DNA of 64,000 nt from Harriotta raleighana (lineage: Eukaryota): NCBI GenBank assembly GCA_050575255.1, contig JBNZDD010013698.1:3621280-3685279 (forward strand), in the 5' to 3' direction. Position numbers and translations under genes: made by a program. Below, piece after piece: positions 38,147 to 51,959 of this stretch (the stretch's first letter is position 1; every line of letters starts with the position of its first letter). Under the pieces are notes generated by a model that was not told the DNA's origin, did no database searches, and worked only from the letters and a program-made list of their open reading frames with translations.

Positions 38147-40576
38147 ATCACCGGATTGTGCAGTTAGCTCACATTAACCAGTATGACACCGGTTAGTACA
38201 GTTAGCCCCAATGCCCTTAGATTAGGAAAGACTCAACAGGGAATTGCATGGGGAGACTTAATAAAAGTTTGATATTAGAAAGGGATTAGAAAGATTTCGA
38301 TATAATTTTCTGCCAAATACAGAGTTTATACGGTATCTTCAAAATAAGGCCAAGAACATAGGAGGCTTTTATCATCATAATAATTCTTACATTTCCAACC
38401 TGGGACGTCTCAAAAAACTTCATAGAGTATATTATAAAGAGCAGGACTAAGTGTTTTGTGGGAAAACAAAGAAACAAATTGCACACAGCAATGTTCCACA
38501 AACATCCATGAAGTGCGTGAATAATTTTATTTGGAAGAGTGCTGGTTGCAATACTGGGAGAAACCACCTTCTCTTTTTGAATCATGCTATGGGATCTTTA
38601 ATGTCCACATGAACAAGCAGGTAGGACCAAAGTTTAACCTGTCGTCCGAAGACCAGCATCTTCAACAATGCAGCACATTCCAGCACTGTATTAGAGTCTT
38701 TGTATAGACTAGATGAGTTCCTCTCCCAACATAGGGCTTGACTCAGAGCTGAGAGTGCTACCAACTGAGATAAACATACATATGCTTTTTAGTTACAGGA
38801 TGAACAATCTACCAACAAAGGTGGTGGAAGAAGAAATCACAAAGAGTTTCAGAAAGGATTTATTGTGATTAAATTCAGAGCTAAATAAATTGAAAGAATC
38901 TACCAATAAATTAGGAAGGCTGGCTAGATTGACCAATGATCTACTCCTGGTTGAAATAACTGTTGAGAAATAATTTGCGAGCCTATCATCCTTATCCTTG
39001 TTTGTCTCACTGATGCCCAGCAGATCAAAAACAAGATATTGTTCCTCACATTTAAATTCCTCCATGGCCAACCTCCTCTTTAGCCAGCCGCTCCCTCCAC
39101 TCAGCAAACAATGGCCTGCTTTATGTCCCGTCCTATCTACAACAACAACAACAACAACAACAAAATTACATTTATAGAGCGCGTTTCACGTCAGGAGGAC
39201 GTCCCAAGGCGCTGGACAGATAGACAGTGGATTCTGCCCCGTTCTTTGGAATACCATCCAGGATTCCCTCTGACTTATTCCATATCTGCCCACTTTTAAA
39301 ACCTGCCTTAAGACTTACCTCTTTCACGACACTTTCCATCATCCTCTTCCTCCTCCACCCTTCCCCACTTCGCTCCCTAGTCGGCTGTGTAAAAAACTTT
39401 GAGACATCCTCCCGGCGTTAAGAGCACTGTGAAAATGTGAATTATATTGCGTGTAAAGGGAAAATAAATCTGTCAGTTGCTGCTCTTGATCACTGTCCAG
39501 TGCTGAAAAATATAAGTGTGTGAGTGAGGACAGGATTAAGCTTGGCTTTGGTGTCATCCACATCAATACTCACAGACAAATCTCATACATGAAGAATCCT
39601 CACCTGGGAACTACAAAGGCAACTGGTGCCCGTGAAGAAGAGAATTGGAGAAAAGAAAACTCACATTTTCCCTATTTCGCCTCATCCTCTAGGTTAATCC
39701 CCAGTGTACAATACCTTTCTTTGTCTGGACTTGAAGTTCAACCTATTAAATACATCACAGATTCTGTCAATATTCTTCATTTCCTCATTCAAAAAGTACT
39801 GTATGGAGCAGCAGTGAAGGAAGAACAGCTTGCCCTTTTGCAGACAATGAAACAGAGATTTGAGTTCCAGTGTAGGGTACTGCACCAGTATACGAGTTAG
39901 GATAATTACAAAGTAGTCATTTAGTTTAAGGTACAAAATTTAAGATTTCCCAGCAAAATGCAATTATTTAATCAAAAATAATCTGTGCATTTGATATAGT
40001 GCCTTATGATACTATTAAGATATCTCAAAGTGCTTCACAGGATTTTACTGGGAAATGTAGTGAACAATGGCTTTATATAAATGCAAGGTGTTGTGCAATT
40101 GTAGGCAAATACAGCAGCCAATTTGCAATGTTCCACAAACAGCTATGTAGAATATAATTTTCAGTAAATCCCCTAGAATGCTTTGAGAACATTTGACTGT
40201 AATGAAAAGGTGCATTATCGAATGCCAGGGTTATTATTATTGATTTTACATGTTAACTTTCTTTCTCCAATGAACTGTGAAAAAATTATGTTTCTCAGTG
40301 TGAGAAATGCTTTTCAGTGGTTTCTTTGTGCTGTACTTCCAAAACAACAAACAAATCAGGTCATCTCTGGGCCAACTCACCCTTGTGTTGCGTACAAAGG
40401 AATCTGTATTTTTGCTACTTTCAAAGCAAGCCCTGCAATGTAAAGGGACAAGGGCAAGGATGCCACAAGTGCTCAGTGCCACATTATTCTCATTGTCGCA
40501 GAATGCAACCTTGCTCAGCAAACCAGTGCACGAATCAATCACTTTTAAGAATTCCATTTATCTTGCAACATTTTTT

Positions 40577-40945
40577 GCAAAATTACACTTGTATAGCGCC
40601 TTTCATGCCAGCAGAATTTCCCAAGACAATCATTGTTTCAGACCCGAGCTGGGCACAGGTGGAGGGAAAGGGAGGGATGTGGGGTGACTGATGGGACCAT
40701 CGAAGAGGAGGGCTTTGAGATGGGGCTTGAAGGAGGCCAGGGAGAGGATGAGGTGGAGGGACTGCGGGATGGAGTACCAAAGGTTGGGGGCAGAGTGGCT
40801 GAAGACTTGACCGCCAATGGGTTGAGGGATGAGGAGCAGACTAGAACCTGCTGTGCGGAGGGGGCAGGCACATTGGTAAGGAGTTAGGAAGTCGCATATG
40901 GAGGGTGGGGTAAGGCTGTGGAGGGCTTTGAATGTGAGGACCAGA
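40577..40945 (-). mobile_element. L2 3' fragment
   Basis: Reverse complement of the L2 ORF2 end, 3' UTR and tail (AAAATTACACTTGTATAGCGCCTTTCATG on the + strand). Confidence 0.8.
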
Positions 40946-41949
40946 CAATAAATGGGGGAATAAATCTAAGGAATTTCAAAGGTCATTGCTAAATAGCAAC
41001 TATTATTGCAAATGATGATTCCTTCTGTTTAGATGAAGTACTTCACACAAATATGATCGTCCCACCAGCACAATCCACTTATTTTTTATTGTGCGCAATT
41101 GGCAGCCAATTGCGCACAATAAAATATGTACATGGTTTCGCACGCAAAATACATGGTTAATTCACTTTTCAGTACATTCTGTGAGTTGTTTTGAGATTTC
41201 TCAATGTGATTAGTAGCAATATCAAATGCAAGGTTTATTATTATTACATATTTCCACGAACGTCCCCAAGCTTCTTCCAGTTACTGCAAGGAGTCTTGGA
41301 GTGACTCCATTAGAAATTGTAACAATTTATGCCTTTCAGTAACCAGATAGCATGAAAAGAGGTGTATGTATTTATTTTCTAATAATTTAAAATAATCAAT
41401 TAATAACATTGTTAAAAAAAGTGTTTACTCCATGAAGGAAAATATGCCAAGCCAATTGGGAGCTGCAATTCCTTGGAAAATGATTAATTTCCTAGCCTCC
41501 ACTTTCTTGCCAAGAGGCAAGTGTGTGTTTTCTAATCTGCCGCCAAAACACACTGAAAATATCCCAGAAGTGTAGGAATTCCACAAGGAGAATTTTCAAG
41601 GGGAAAGTTCATCTAATTCATACAGGTTTTAAAAATGAAAATCCTAGAGCTTTCGTTCTTAGCTGGGTGCTCAACGCTTTTTTATTTCTTTATACATGTA
41701 ATATGCATAATTAGAGAATAATGCCCAAAGTGAGAGAATACTTAAGACAAAGATATTCACAAAGACTAGGTAAATGCACAGCCACTTACACTATAGTACA
41801 AGCGCCTCCCATTCCAAGCACACTCACTATATCCAAATACAGTAATAATAATGAAGCTTTTACTGAGACAATAAGAATCACTGAACAAAGTCGAAAAAAG
41901 GAAGAGGGATTGTGGATGTTTACGAAAGGTTTGGTCAAAGAAATAAAAA

Positions 41950-42265
41950 TATTAATAATATTAATAATCCTTGCACTTGATATTGCGCTTTTCACATCTT
42001 CTAGACAGCTCAAAGCGCTGCAAAGTGAATTGACTGTATATTTTGTGGGCGAAACGCAGCAGCCAATTGCACACGATGGTGTCTCCACAAGCAGCCGTGA
42101 GTTGAAGTGACCAATTTCTTCTTGTTTTATTCTTGAGGGATTATTATCAGACGTGTGTGTGGAGTGAGGAAACTTGCCCAAGATTTTGCCCTGATCTGTT
42201 GGCAATCAAACCTAGGTCTCTCGCTTGCGAGTCGAGTGCTCTAATCAGTGAGCTACAGGAATCCA
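41950..42265 (-). mobile_element. Full-length DeuSINE-type SINE with an extra ~100-bp 3' flank shared with the 47.4-kb copy
   Basis: Head GGATTCCTGTAGCTCACTGATTAGAGC on the minus strand, family core and tail. Confidence 0.85.
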
Positions 42266-44439
42266 TGATTATTAATATTGTTAGAAATAATAATAATAAT
42301 AACCCTTGCATTTGATACAGCACCTTATCATGTCGTCGGGACAACAACAACTGTCAGAATTCTGGGGTTGAGCATCTCTGTGTACAACGACAGACCTTCG
42401 CAACCATGTTGAAGAGTCGATCACTGCTGTGTAATAATAGAGATGAAATGGCAACTGCGGAAACTCCCGCACAGAATAATTTAAAATAAATTCATGGATT
42501 GAAAACAAAAACGACTCAAATTGAAGAACAAAGTCATATTCATGTTAAGTGGAGCAGAACCCTTGTGACTTGTCGGCAAATTTACCAGTCGTTGGTGGTG
42601 TGGGAGCATCATGGGAAAACATCAAATGCAAGGATTAAACAGAATAACCCTACTGGGTTAATTTCCTTGGTCTGCTAAGGGTACAATTCAAAAATCAATC
42701 TCTTCAACATACCCAGTACCTCCCCAGACCTACAGAAAGTGGTTTTAACAAAGATTTAAATATTAGTGGAATCATTTATTTTATAGTCTCATAAATCATT
42801 GTAGACACTTATTTTGCTCTGTGCACTAAATTTAGCACACGTGGGTTAAACTCTATTCCTCTCCATTCAGTAATTTTCTTGCATTTGTCCCTGGGCACTT
42901 GTAAATAATCTAATGCAATTCCAAAAGTAAACATAACATAGTACTGAAGCCATAAAATAAAATCACACTTTTAAAAAATGCATTAGGATTGTTTAGAAAT
43001 ACACAAGAAGAAATTCACATAATTTGTGAAACAGTAACTAGCGCTTTGGTCACATCAATGAATGGGGCACGTGAAGTGAACAGAGCGGAACAAACCCCTC
43101 GGGGTTTGATTGGCATTATGTTGCTCTCTCTTTCTCTCTGTTATATATACTTAAACTGTAAATAACATTATTACGGCAGGTTTGAGGATCTGAAAACCAA
43201 AAGATTTGCAGTTCTGGCTTTCCTTTGATTTTAAACCTAGATTACACAGGCAGCAAAAGCAATTCTGTCCCTATTAAAATGTGCATGCGCAGTTCTTGGA
43301 ACTTGAAATAATTCATACACACATAAGTTATCACGACTTTTTTTTTAAAAAAACAACAAAGTAGAAGGCAGCAGCTTCAAAATCCTTGTGACTAATCCTA
43401 TTAGTCGCCTTATAATTGACTGATCAGGGTATTTTGTATGTGTCTGACAGTTTCTTATGGACCACTGTCCACATACACAGATTAAGAAACCTGATCTTCA
43501 AGGCCCAGTGACAGATGTTATTTCTTCACACTGATACAGTAATTAATTGTTTGGGATTTTTAAAAAAAAATAACAGGAATGTCCATAACCTTTACAGTAT
43601 CTTGCAGTTTAATACAGCATGTTCTAGGTAGATTACTCTAATCTGTCTACTACCATATTTCAAGAGGGTAAGCTAGCAGTGCAAGGTCTGAGCTGCCAAA
43701 CAGATTAAAATAATTACAAGACAGTGGGTCATATGTACTGCCGTAATCACAGTGCAATGTGAGGCCCATCTACAACCCATCATCCCTAACATGAGCACTT
43801 TGGATCTAGATTTGATTTATTAGATGCTGACATGGGCAGATAAAACATAAAAATGACTTACTCAATTTCTATTTATCACGGACCTGGGGACTGAGAAAAG
43901 ACAGCTTGTGTATCTGCAATGTCACAGCTAAGGATCAGGAATAACAAACAGCCTGTAAGTCAGAGATTTTCATAAGTGGCTACTGGCTACCAGCACTCAA
44001 CATTTCTGTAAACAATCCAGACCATCCAGTAAACTCAGAGGATTCAATAACTTCACATTGAAGCCCATATTCTTGTGATTTACACAATAGTCCTGATTTA
44101 CACAATAGGCCCACTCAGGTCCTAGCCCATTGATCTGATGGAAACTCCACATGTAATAATAATAATAAATTCATCAATATGTGCATTTGATATAGCACCT
44201 TATCATGTATGTCATCAAGACATCTCAAAGCGCTTCACAGAGCATACTGTAAAGTGGATTGACTATGTACCTTGTGGGCGGAATGTGGCACAAAATTTTC
44301 CCACAGCAAAACAACAACAAAATTGCATTTGTGTAGCGCCTCAAAAAGTTGCATCTCGCAAAGAACAGCCCAACTTCTAAAAACATGCTGCCATTTCCTG
44401 AAACCAGAATTTCACTGCACCCCACTAGCCATTGCTCCA

Positions 44440-44736
44440 ATAATAACAATAATCACTGCATTTGATATACGTTTTTCACGTCTTCTAGATGATTCAAAGC
44501 ACTTCACAGAATATACTTAGAGTGATTTAACTCTATTCGTGGGCGAAACGAGGCAGCCAATTGCGCTCAACAGTCGTGGATTAAAGTGACCAATTCATTA
44601 TTGTTTTTCTTTTTGAGGGATTATTATCAGGCGTGTCGAGCAAGGAAACTTCCCAAGGTTTCACCTTGTCGGGAATCAAACACAGATCTCTCACTTGCAA
44701 GGCGAGTGATCCAACCTCTAGGCTACGGGCTCCACA
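44440..44736 (-). mobile_element. DeuSINE-type SINE
   Basis: Head GGAGCCCGTAGCCTAGAGGTTGGATC on the minus strand, family core and tail. Confidence 0.82.
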
Positions 44737-45307
44737 TGCTTTGTGCCTGACTCAGACACAGCAGAAGGTAGCTTTCCCTTCCACAATTTCTTCAAATGAG
44801 AAGTTCCAGTTCCCACCCAATTTGTCTGGTAAAAGATGTTACGTAGGGGATGAGAAAAGGGAAATTTTTCAGAACATCTCATGTCTATACAAGGGGAAAA
44901 AAGACTGAAAATTGTGTTTTATTAGTCAAACCTTCATAGTCAATCTCTCCACAACAGCCACAATCCATTAACAACTTGTACTATGTAACATCTGTCATGT
45001 GGTTAATGTCTCAAAGTGCTTTCTAGAGTTGGATTAGAAGACTAAGTAGGATGGTGGTTGGGGGGAGGAGGTAGAAGACCAAAGGTACAGTCAAATCGTT
45101 TTTGTCAAAATGTTTTGCAAAGAAGAGAATGCAGCGTGGGACGCTAGAGGGGTGCTATGTAAACCCAATTTTTTTTACTATGGAGGGAATCTTCAGAAAT
45201 CAGGGGCAAAGGTGGCTGAATGCTTACTCACCAATGTTTGGGTAAAGAACGTATGGAGCAGGCCAGAGTTGGCTGAATGGATTCAGTAGGAGATCACAGA
45301 GGTAAGA

Positions 45308-45716
45308 GGATTCCTGTAGCTCAGTGGTTAGAGCACTCATCTTACAACAACAACAACAATATTACATTTGTATAGTGCCTTTCACGTCAGGACGACATCC
45401 CAAGGCACTGGACAGTTACTGCTTCAGCAAGTATGAGACCTGTGTTCGAATCCAGGCAGGTCAGGGCAAAACCTTGGGCAAGTTTCCTTACTCCACATGC
45501 CTAATAATAATCCGTCCAAAAAAAACACAATAATAAAATTGGTCATTTCAATCCATTACTGTTTGTAGGACACTGCTGTGTGCAATTGGCTGCCACATTT
45601 CGCCCACAAGTATACAGTCAATTCACTTTACAGTATATTCTGCGATGCGCTTTTCAGACATATAAAAGATGTGAAAAGGGCTATATCAAATGCAAGGATT
45701 ATTATTATTATTATTA
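45308..45716 (+). mobile_element. DeuSINE-type SINE with an antisense ~70-bp L2 tail inserted in its tRNA-like head, itself nested in an L2 fragment
   Basis: Head GGATTCCTGTAGCTCAGTGGTTAGAGC is interrupted at about 45345-45418 by (CAA)n ATTACATTTGTATAGTGCCTTTCACG. Minus-strand L2 sequence continues at 45717-46100. Confidence 0.82.
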
Positions 45717-46544
45717 AGATGGGCAAGAGAATGGAGGAATTTGAAAGTTAGAATAAGGATGCTAAAGTCAATTCGCTGGAGTGTTGGGAGCCAGTGGAAC
45801 CTCATGTGGATGGAGGAGATGGGATTGGAGTCAGGTACAGGAAAGTATATGGACTCCAGAAGGTGTTGGAATAATCAGGTCAGGAGATGACAAAGGCATC
45901 GATAATTTGTTGGTAAGTAAGGCAAGGACAGAAGTTGCCATTGTTGTGGAAATGGAGCAAAGTGGACTTTGTCATGGACAAGATAAAAGGCTTAAAGGAG
46001 AGTTGAGGGTTAAACAAAACACTGAGATTGCACAGTGGCTCCATATCATGAAGGAAGCAGATGGAGAGGTTTGTACAGTCAGAGCCTTTTTGATTGAGCA
46101 AAACTGAGTCATGTGAACTCAGTGCTTTTCACTTAGATACTTTCTCATGGATCCACGGTGGGGAGGAGGTTGAAAATGCATTTGAAAAAGGAAACAACAA
46201 CATATATGGCTAGAGTGCTAGGAAAAAAAACCTTGGGATATGAAGTGTGTCTCCTTCAAAGAATCCCACATGTACATCACATCGATTCAGTAGGAATTGT
46301 GCTCTTAATCGATCTCAGGTTGGAGATTTCCAAGGAAAAGAGATTTATTGTTTGTTAGTATAATGTAAACTATGTCTCATTCAGGAGATTTATATCCAAA
46401 GGCATTTTTCTCAGATCTCATATCATGGATGCTGTGGTTTTCAATCCCATCATTTCTTTTGTGCACTATTCACTAGGGCCAACCTAAAAGGAGGAGCAAG
46501 GGGTGAAATTACAAGAAATAAACATAACTATTGACAATGACAAT

Positions 46545-46905
46545 AAATGTAACAAAACTGCATTTTTATAGTGTCTTTCCCATAAGATGGGTGTCCCAAG
46601 ACTCTGGACAGTCAATGTTTCAGATCTAAGCAGGGATTAGGAATGGAGAGGGTGGGGAGAACGGAAAGGAAAGGGGTGACTGAAGGCATGGTCGAAGTGG
46701 AGGGCATTAAGTGGGACCTGAAGGAGGCTAGGGAGGGGGAGAGGCGGAGGGATTGCGGAATGGAATTCCAGACATTGGGGGCAGTCACTGAAGGCTTGCC
46801 TGCCAATCGTGGGGCAGATGGGGCAGGTGGGGCAAGGGACATGCAGCAGGCTGGAGCCCGCTGAGCAGAGAGATTAGTAGGGGGTTAGCAGGTCGCAGAG
46901 GTAAG
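46545..46905 (-). mobile_element. L2 3' fragment
   Basis: APNVWNSIPQSLRLSPSLASFRSHL on the minus strand, plus tail. Confidence 0.82.
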
Positions 46906-47394
46906 AAACACATATTGCCAGACCATGTGAAGGCGGTAAAGAGCTTTCTTTTTGACCATGCTTGTGATGGGGGTCACCTATCCCTCCATCCCCCACCCCA
47001 CACACCTCTGCCCAATTCGGAGTCAGACTGTTAAGCCCTCTGAGATGCTACCCTGTGTGGAGGGTGCTATATAAATGCAAGTTGTTGTTTTTGTTGTTGT
47101 CCAAGGCAGTGATAAGTTGAAAGAAAAAGCAATTAAATACAGATAAAGTATAGAAGTATCTTTAGGAATGGTGTTGATATTGCAAAGCTATAAAATGTAA
47201 AATTATTTTCTTTATTCTTTTATTATTCTTTTAATGTTGAAGAGTGTGCTGAGACAGTAATAACATGCAGTTTTATACTGCCTTTCACCTAGGATATTGG
47301 TTTGAAGCTTTTACTGAGACAATGTGAATCACTGAACAAAGTCGAAAAGAGGGAGGAAGAGGGATTGTGGATGTTAACGAAAGTTATGGTCAAA

Positions 47395-47516
47395 TAAATA
47401 AAAATAATAATAATAATCCTTGCATTTGATACTGCGCTTTTCACATCTTCTAGACTTCTCAAAGCAATTCACAGAATATTCTGTAAAGTGAATTGACTGT
47501 ATATTTGTGGACGAAA
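47395..47516 (-). mobile_element. 5'-truncated DeuSINE-type SINE with apparent TSD GTCAAA
   Basis: Family 3' end, with GTCAAA on both sides (about 47389-47394 and 47518-47523). Confidence 0.7.
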
Positions 47517-49015
47517 AGTCAAAGAGATAGAAATCGTAAGACATTTTTCATTTGCAATGTTCTCAAATTGCTAAGGGTTAATTCCTTAACCAAATGCCTC
47601 ACAGTTATCAATAGCACAAGCCAGTACTACATTTCCACCATAAAACTGCTCATCTAGGAAGGATTTGAAAATAACTAGGCTCCTTACAATTGTAAATCAA
47701 ATTTACAGCATGACAGGGGAGTAATTATTCTAAGCATCTAATGAATAAAAAGCATTAGCCCATAACCATTTCATTGGATTGTTCTCAGACAAAAGAAGAG
47801 CAACGAGACAAGTGAAACGAACAAGACTTGATAAAAGAAAATGCTAAACATATTCATTAGAATACTCTCCATCAGCACTAAATATTTTGTTGTTAATTTT
47901 ACCTTGTATCTACACATAGTAAATATCAAAAATCAAGTCACGGTGAAATATCACTGAGCAAGACAACAGGAATTTACTGGTGATATTACCCGAAAAGGAA
48001 TAACTTCAATCGAGTAATAATGATTTACTGTTTCAATTGTCCGGCACTTCTCTCCACCGCGCTTGTCGAAATATATTTTTTCCAGCACAGTAGAAGAGTT
48101 GAAATGTCTACATACAGTATTTAAATGTGTTGCCACTGCTGCAAGCTGGGAAGATATTTCTGTTTTCACAGTGGAGATCAATTGTATGTCTAATGCCCTA
48201 GATACTGTACACTGCAGGTATCAGTTTGATATCAGGATCTGCTATCCCGCAGAGCAAGCCAACAGCATTGAATAACCCTGCTGGCTCCATACTACAATAT
48301 GGTTGAGTGGAGCTCTTGGCTATGTGTAATTACATGCATGTACAGAGCTCTACTCACCAACGTCTGAATGCTGCTGACATTTTAATCATAGAAATTACAG
48401 CATAGAAGGAGGCTATTTGGCCATCGAGACTAGCTCTTCTCCACTGGAACTCTGTGTTCTAATCTCCCTACTCTTTCCTATACCTTTTATACTGTTCATC
48501 TTTAAATCATGATACAATATTATAGAAGAGCTGAATGTCAATATTCTTTTTTAAAAAAACTAATGAGGGAGGAATTCAACACACTGTCTGCGATATTTGA
48601 AAGCTATATGTTTTACGTTTTAAAATATACATTTGTGCCAGTCACAGATGTACTGTTTGAAGCCTACGTGCTGGGAGATTGAGTGCTCAAGCTCGTACTT
48701 ACATTTCTAACCAAAATTTAGATTTCACTCAGAACATCAAACTCACAACAAGTTACACTTTAGTTCATCCGTCCTTCTCTCCTGAGTTTCTGCCGGCGCC
48801 CAAAACTGGATGAAAAAACAAAGGTGCCACAAGGTACAGTGATTTAGTGTACAATGAGCCACAATGGACAGGAATCCTGATACAAGGGTCGCATTTGCTA
48901 CACACAATTACTAAATCAATATTGTAGTTTTAGTTTCTCAATTTAGATAGAAACTTAAAAATTCATATGCAATGCTATTTTAGTTCATGTTCAAGTCTTT
49001 ATACAATAATTGTAT

Positions 49016-49060
49016 TTGTGTGTGTGAGTATGTATGAGTGTGTGTGTGTGTGTGTGTGTG
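49016..49060. repeat. (TG)n microsatellite
   Basis: Interrupted TG run read directly. Confidence 0.95.
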
Positions 49061-51959
49061 TTATTCTCGTTTATTAAAATCACAGTTCCTCAACCCACTG
49101 CGTAATTGGTTTAGATCCCTAAAATGCTATTGATCTCCTTTATACTTATCACATACCTAGTTGAAAATAGTGTGAACACCAGGAGACCTCGAGTAGACTT
49201 CAACAGTTTCTGCCCTCAAAAGGTGGTTTTGTTTCATTTACTTCCAACTTCTGTGTTCTCCTGCCATACAAATTTCAACATAGCTGGCTGATTTGTCACT
49301 CATTCCATGACTGTTTGTGGCTGCCACATTTTGCTCTTAAAATAAATAGTCAATTTACTTTACAAAGCACTTTGAGACATCTAGAAAACGTGATAAGGCA
49401 CTAGATTAAATGCAAGGATTATTATTTTTATTATTTGCCATGTGCACAAAAATTAACCCTAATCTTCTTTACATGTCTCACATATGGAATTTCATCCAAT
49501 GTTTTCTTCCTAAAATATTAAAGATGTTACATCCACAAAATAACGCCCATCCTCTTTAAAGAATTCCAGTAGATCTATGAGAAGTGATCTGTTTATTTTA
49601 AGTTTATGCATTTTTTAAATAGTTTCTATAGGTTCTGCATGAAGATTACAGCATCACATAAAATACTTTGGAGCACTTTCCTCGTACTGGCATGAGTAAA
49701 ACTGTTTGAAAATGTTTAGGTTCATGCCTTTACTTCTTCTATGAATACTGTACTGGCATTCTATTCCCCAAGGTATCATATACAGTTACTCTAATTATGC
49801 AAACCTTTAATTATTAACCAGCATCTCTTTCGCACATAGATTTGTACAGGACCCCAAAGAATCATCTGGTCAGCCATAAAGTAAATAAAACAATATTATC
49901 TAGGTTTGATTCCTAGTCAACGCTTAGTTAATCAATCTCAGCTAAGATAACACTCACAGGAAATGTTGCAATAGGCCTCAAGTTCCAAGATTGTAAATCT
50001 ATTTTCCATTATTGATCATTATCCAGCAATATCTGAGGAGGTGATTGCCAACTGCTACTGTTTTCTCGCTTAATATTTTTCTCTCCGTCAGCTGGGCGAC
50101 ACGGGCGGAAATCCATCACCTAGTTTAAAGGTATCCAAACCAGACCAAAAATTCCACATATGCCATCTAAACATGGAAATTCCCATGCTTGGAACAGAAG
50201 GTGTACTCTCTTTCCAAAGATACACATCCTGCTTGCCGTATTCCACACAGATTAAGTTGGCAACAGCTACTGTGGGTATCTGTCTGACTCAGTTGGTGGC
50301 ATTCTTGCCTTGGACCAGAAGATTGTTGGTTCAAGCCCAATCAGAAGTTTGAGCCCAAACTCTAGCCAGACACTCTAATGCTGCACTGAAGGATTGTTGA
50401 GAATTGCTTCTTTTATTCCCAGCGATTTGGGACATCCTCCTGACATGAAAGACACTTTACAAATATAATTTGATTGTTGTTGTTTATATGAGACATTAAC
50501 CTAAAATCCTATCGCCCTGTTCAGGGGAATATTAAAGATCCCATGGCAATATCTGAAAAAGAGAAGGTAGTTTCCTTGGTGTCCTGGCCAACAGTCCATC
50601 AGATTGAATTAGTCATTAACTTCATAGCTGGATCATTGCTGTGCGCAAATTGGCTTGCAAATGTAGTATCACGCAATGTGAAAAACACAATTTTTCCTAC
50701 TAGTTGCACAATTCTGTATTTGCAACACATGCTGTAGTTTGGAGATGCTGTCATTCCAGAAAGATGTGAAACTGAGTTTCCACTTACCTATTCTTCAGGC
50801 AAGTATAGAAGATTGAGTGACACTATTCAATAAGAGGAGTTTCTCTCATATTTGTCCAACAATTATTCATGACTGTTTGAGGGACTTCTGAGGACAATGG
50901 CTATTGGGGGTTCCTTTAAAAAAGTCTTTACGGATCATTACTGTAAAGAACCTGAATACGCTGAAACATGAAGCATGTTTTGATGTCATAGGTGCTAAAT
51001 ATATAACTGTAAATATGTTTCCTTGCTGAATACATGTTTAACATAACCATTGTGTTGTCCGACACAGGAAACATGTCTGATAAGGCTCAGGCGGCTTCTC
51101 CATAGAGGCAGAGCATCTAAAGAAACAATCACATTTTATTGAAAAGGCAATTAAACATTAAAAGGCAATCATTATTAACAGTAATATTACAGGGTTTTTA
51201 TGGAAAAGGCAATCATGTTAACACCAAAAAGCAAGCACATTAGCATTCATAATGCAGCATCGGAAAGCATAACAAAATTTCAGGTAAGTCACATTTACAC
51301 TAAGATTATTTAATATTAAACATTACAGTATTTAACATGTACTGTACTTAACATGTAACTAACATTCTTCAGTAATATCACAGCACAGGGCAAGTATGCC
51401 GTATGCAGTGAATTGAGTGTTTTTAAAAGAATATCTCCATCATTATAGATCTCATGTACAGAGCTGAAAGTCAGCATAGATGCATTTGCTTACTTTTAGT
51501 TTGGGTTGAATTATTTGCAGTTTATGTCAGTTTTAACTTTCCCTGTGATGAATTCTATCAGTAAAACAGGCTCAGTCATGGCTATTTCACATCATTTCCC
51601 CAACGCCATCATCAAATGATTAGTCGTGCATTGTTTAACACAAGTATTTCGCCATTCTTCCAATTATAGGACTACTTTAGTCAAAACATTTCGGTCAAAA
51701 TCAGGCTGTCAGATAGACCGTAATGTGGAAGCTTTGAATCCCAGGTCTGACAACTGTCATCTAGGAGCTTGGCGGGGACGGATACAATCACACCCCTGCT
51801 AACTGGACTCCCAAATCACAGAAGCACTTGCACCTACAAAATACAGACAATCAAAACCACATTGCAGTATATCCTATGAAATGATTGCAATATTTCGAAA
51901 ACAAAATGAGGCACTATATCCAACATGTATATCAAATATGAATGTTACTGTCTATCTAC

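Noticed and set aside
50783-50860. Strong minus-strand donor TAG|GTAAGT
   Set aside because: Stops in the relevant frames and no convincing acceptor. Cannot be supported as an exon.
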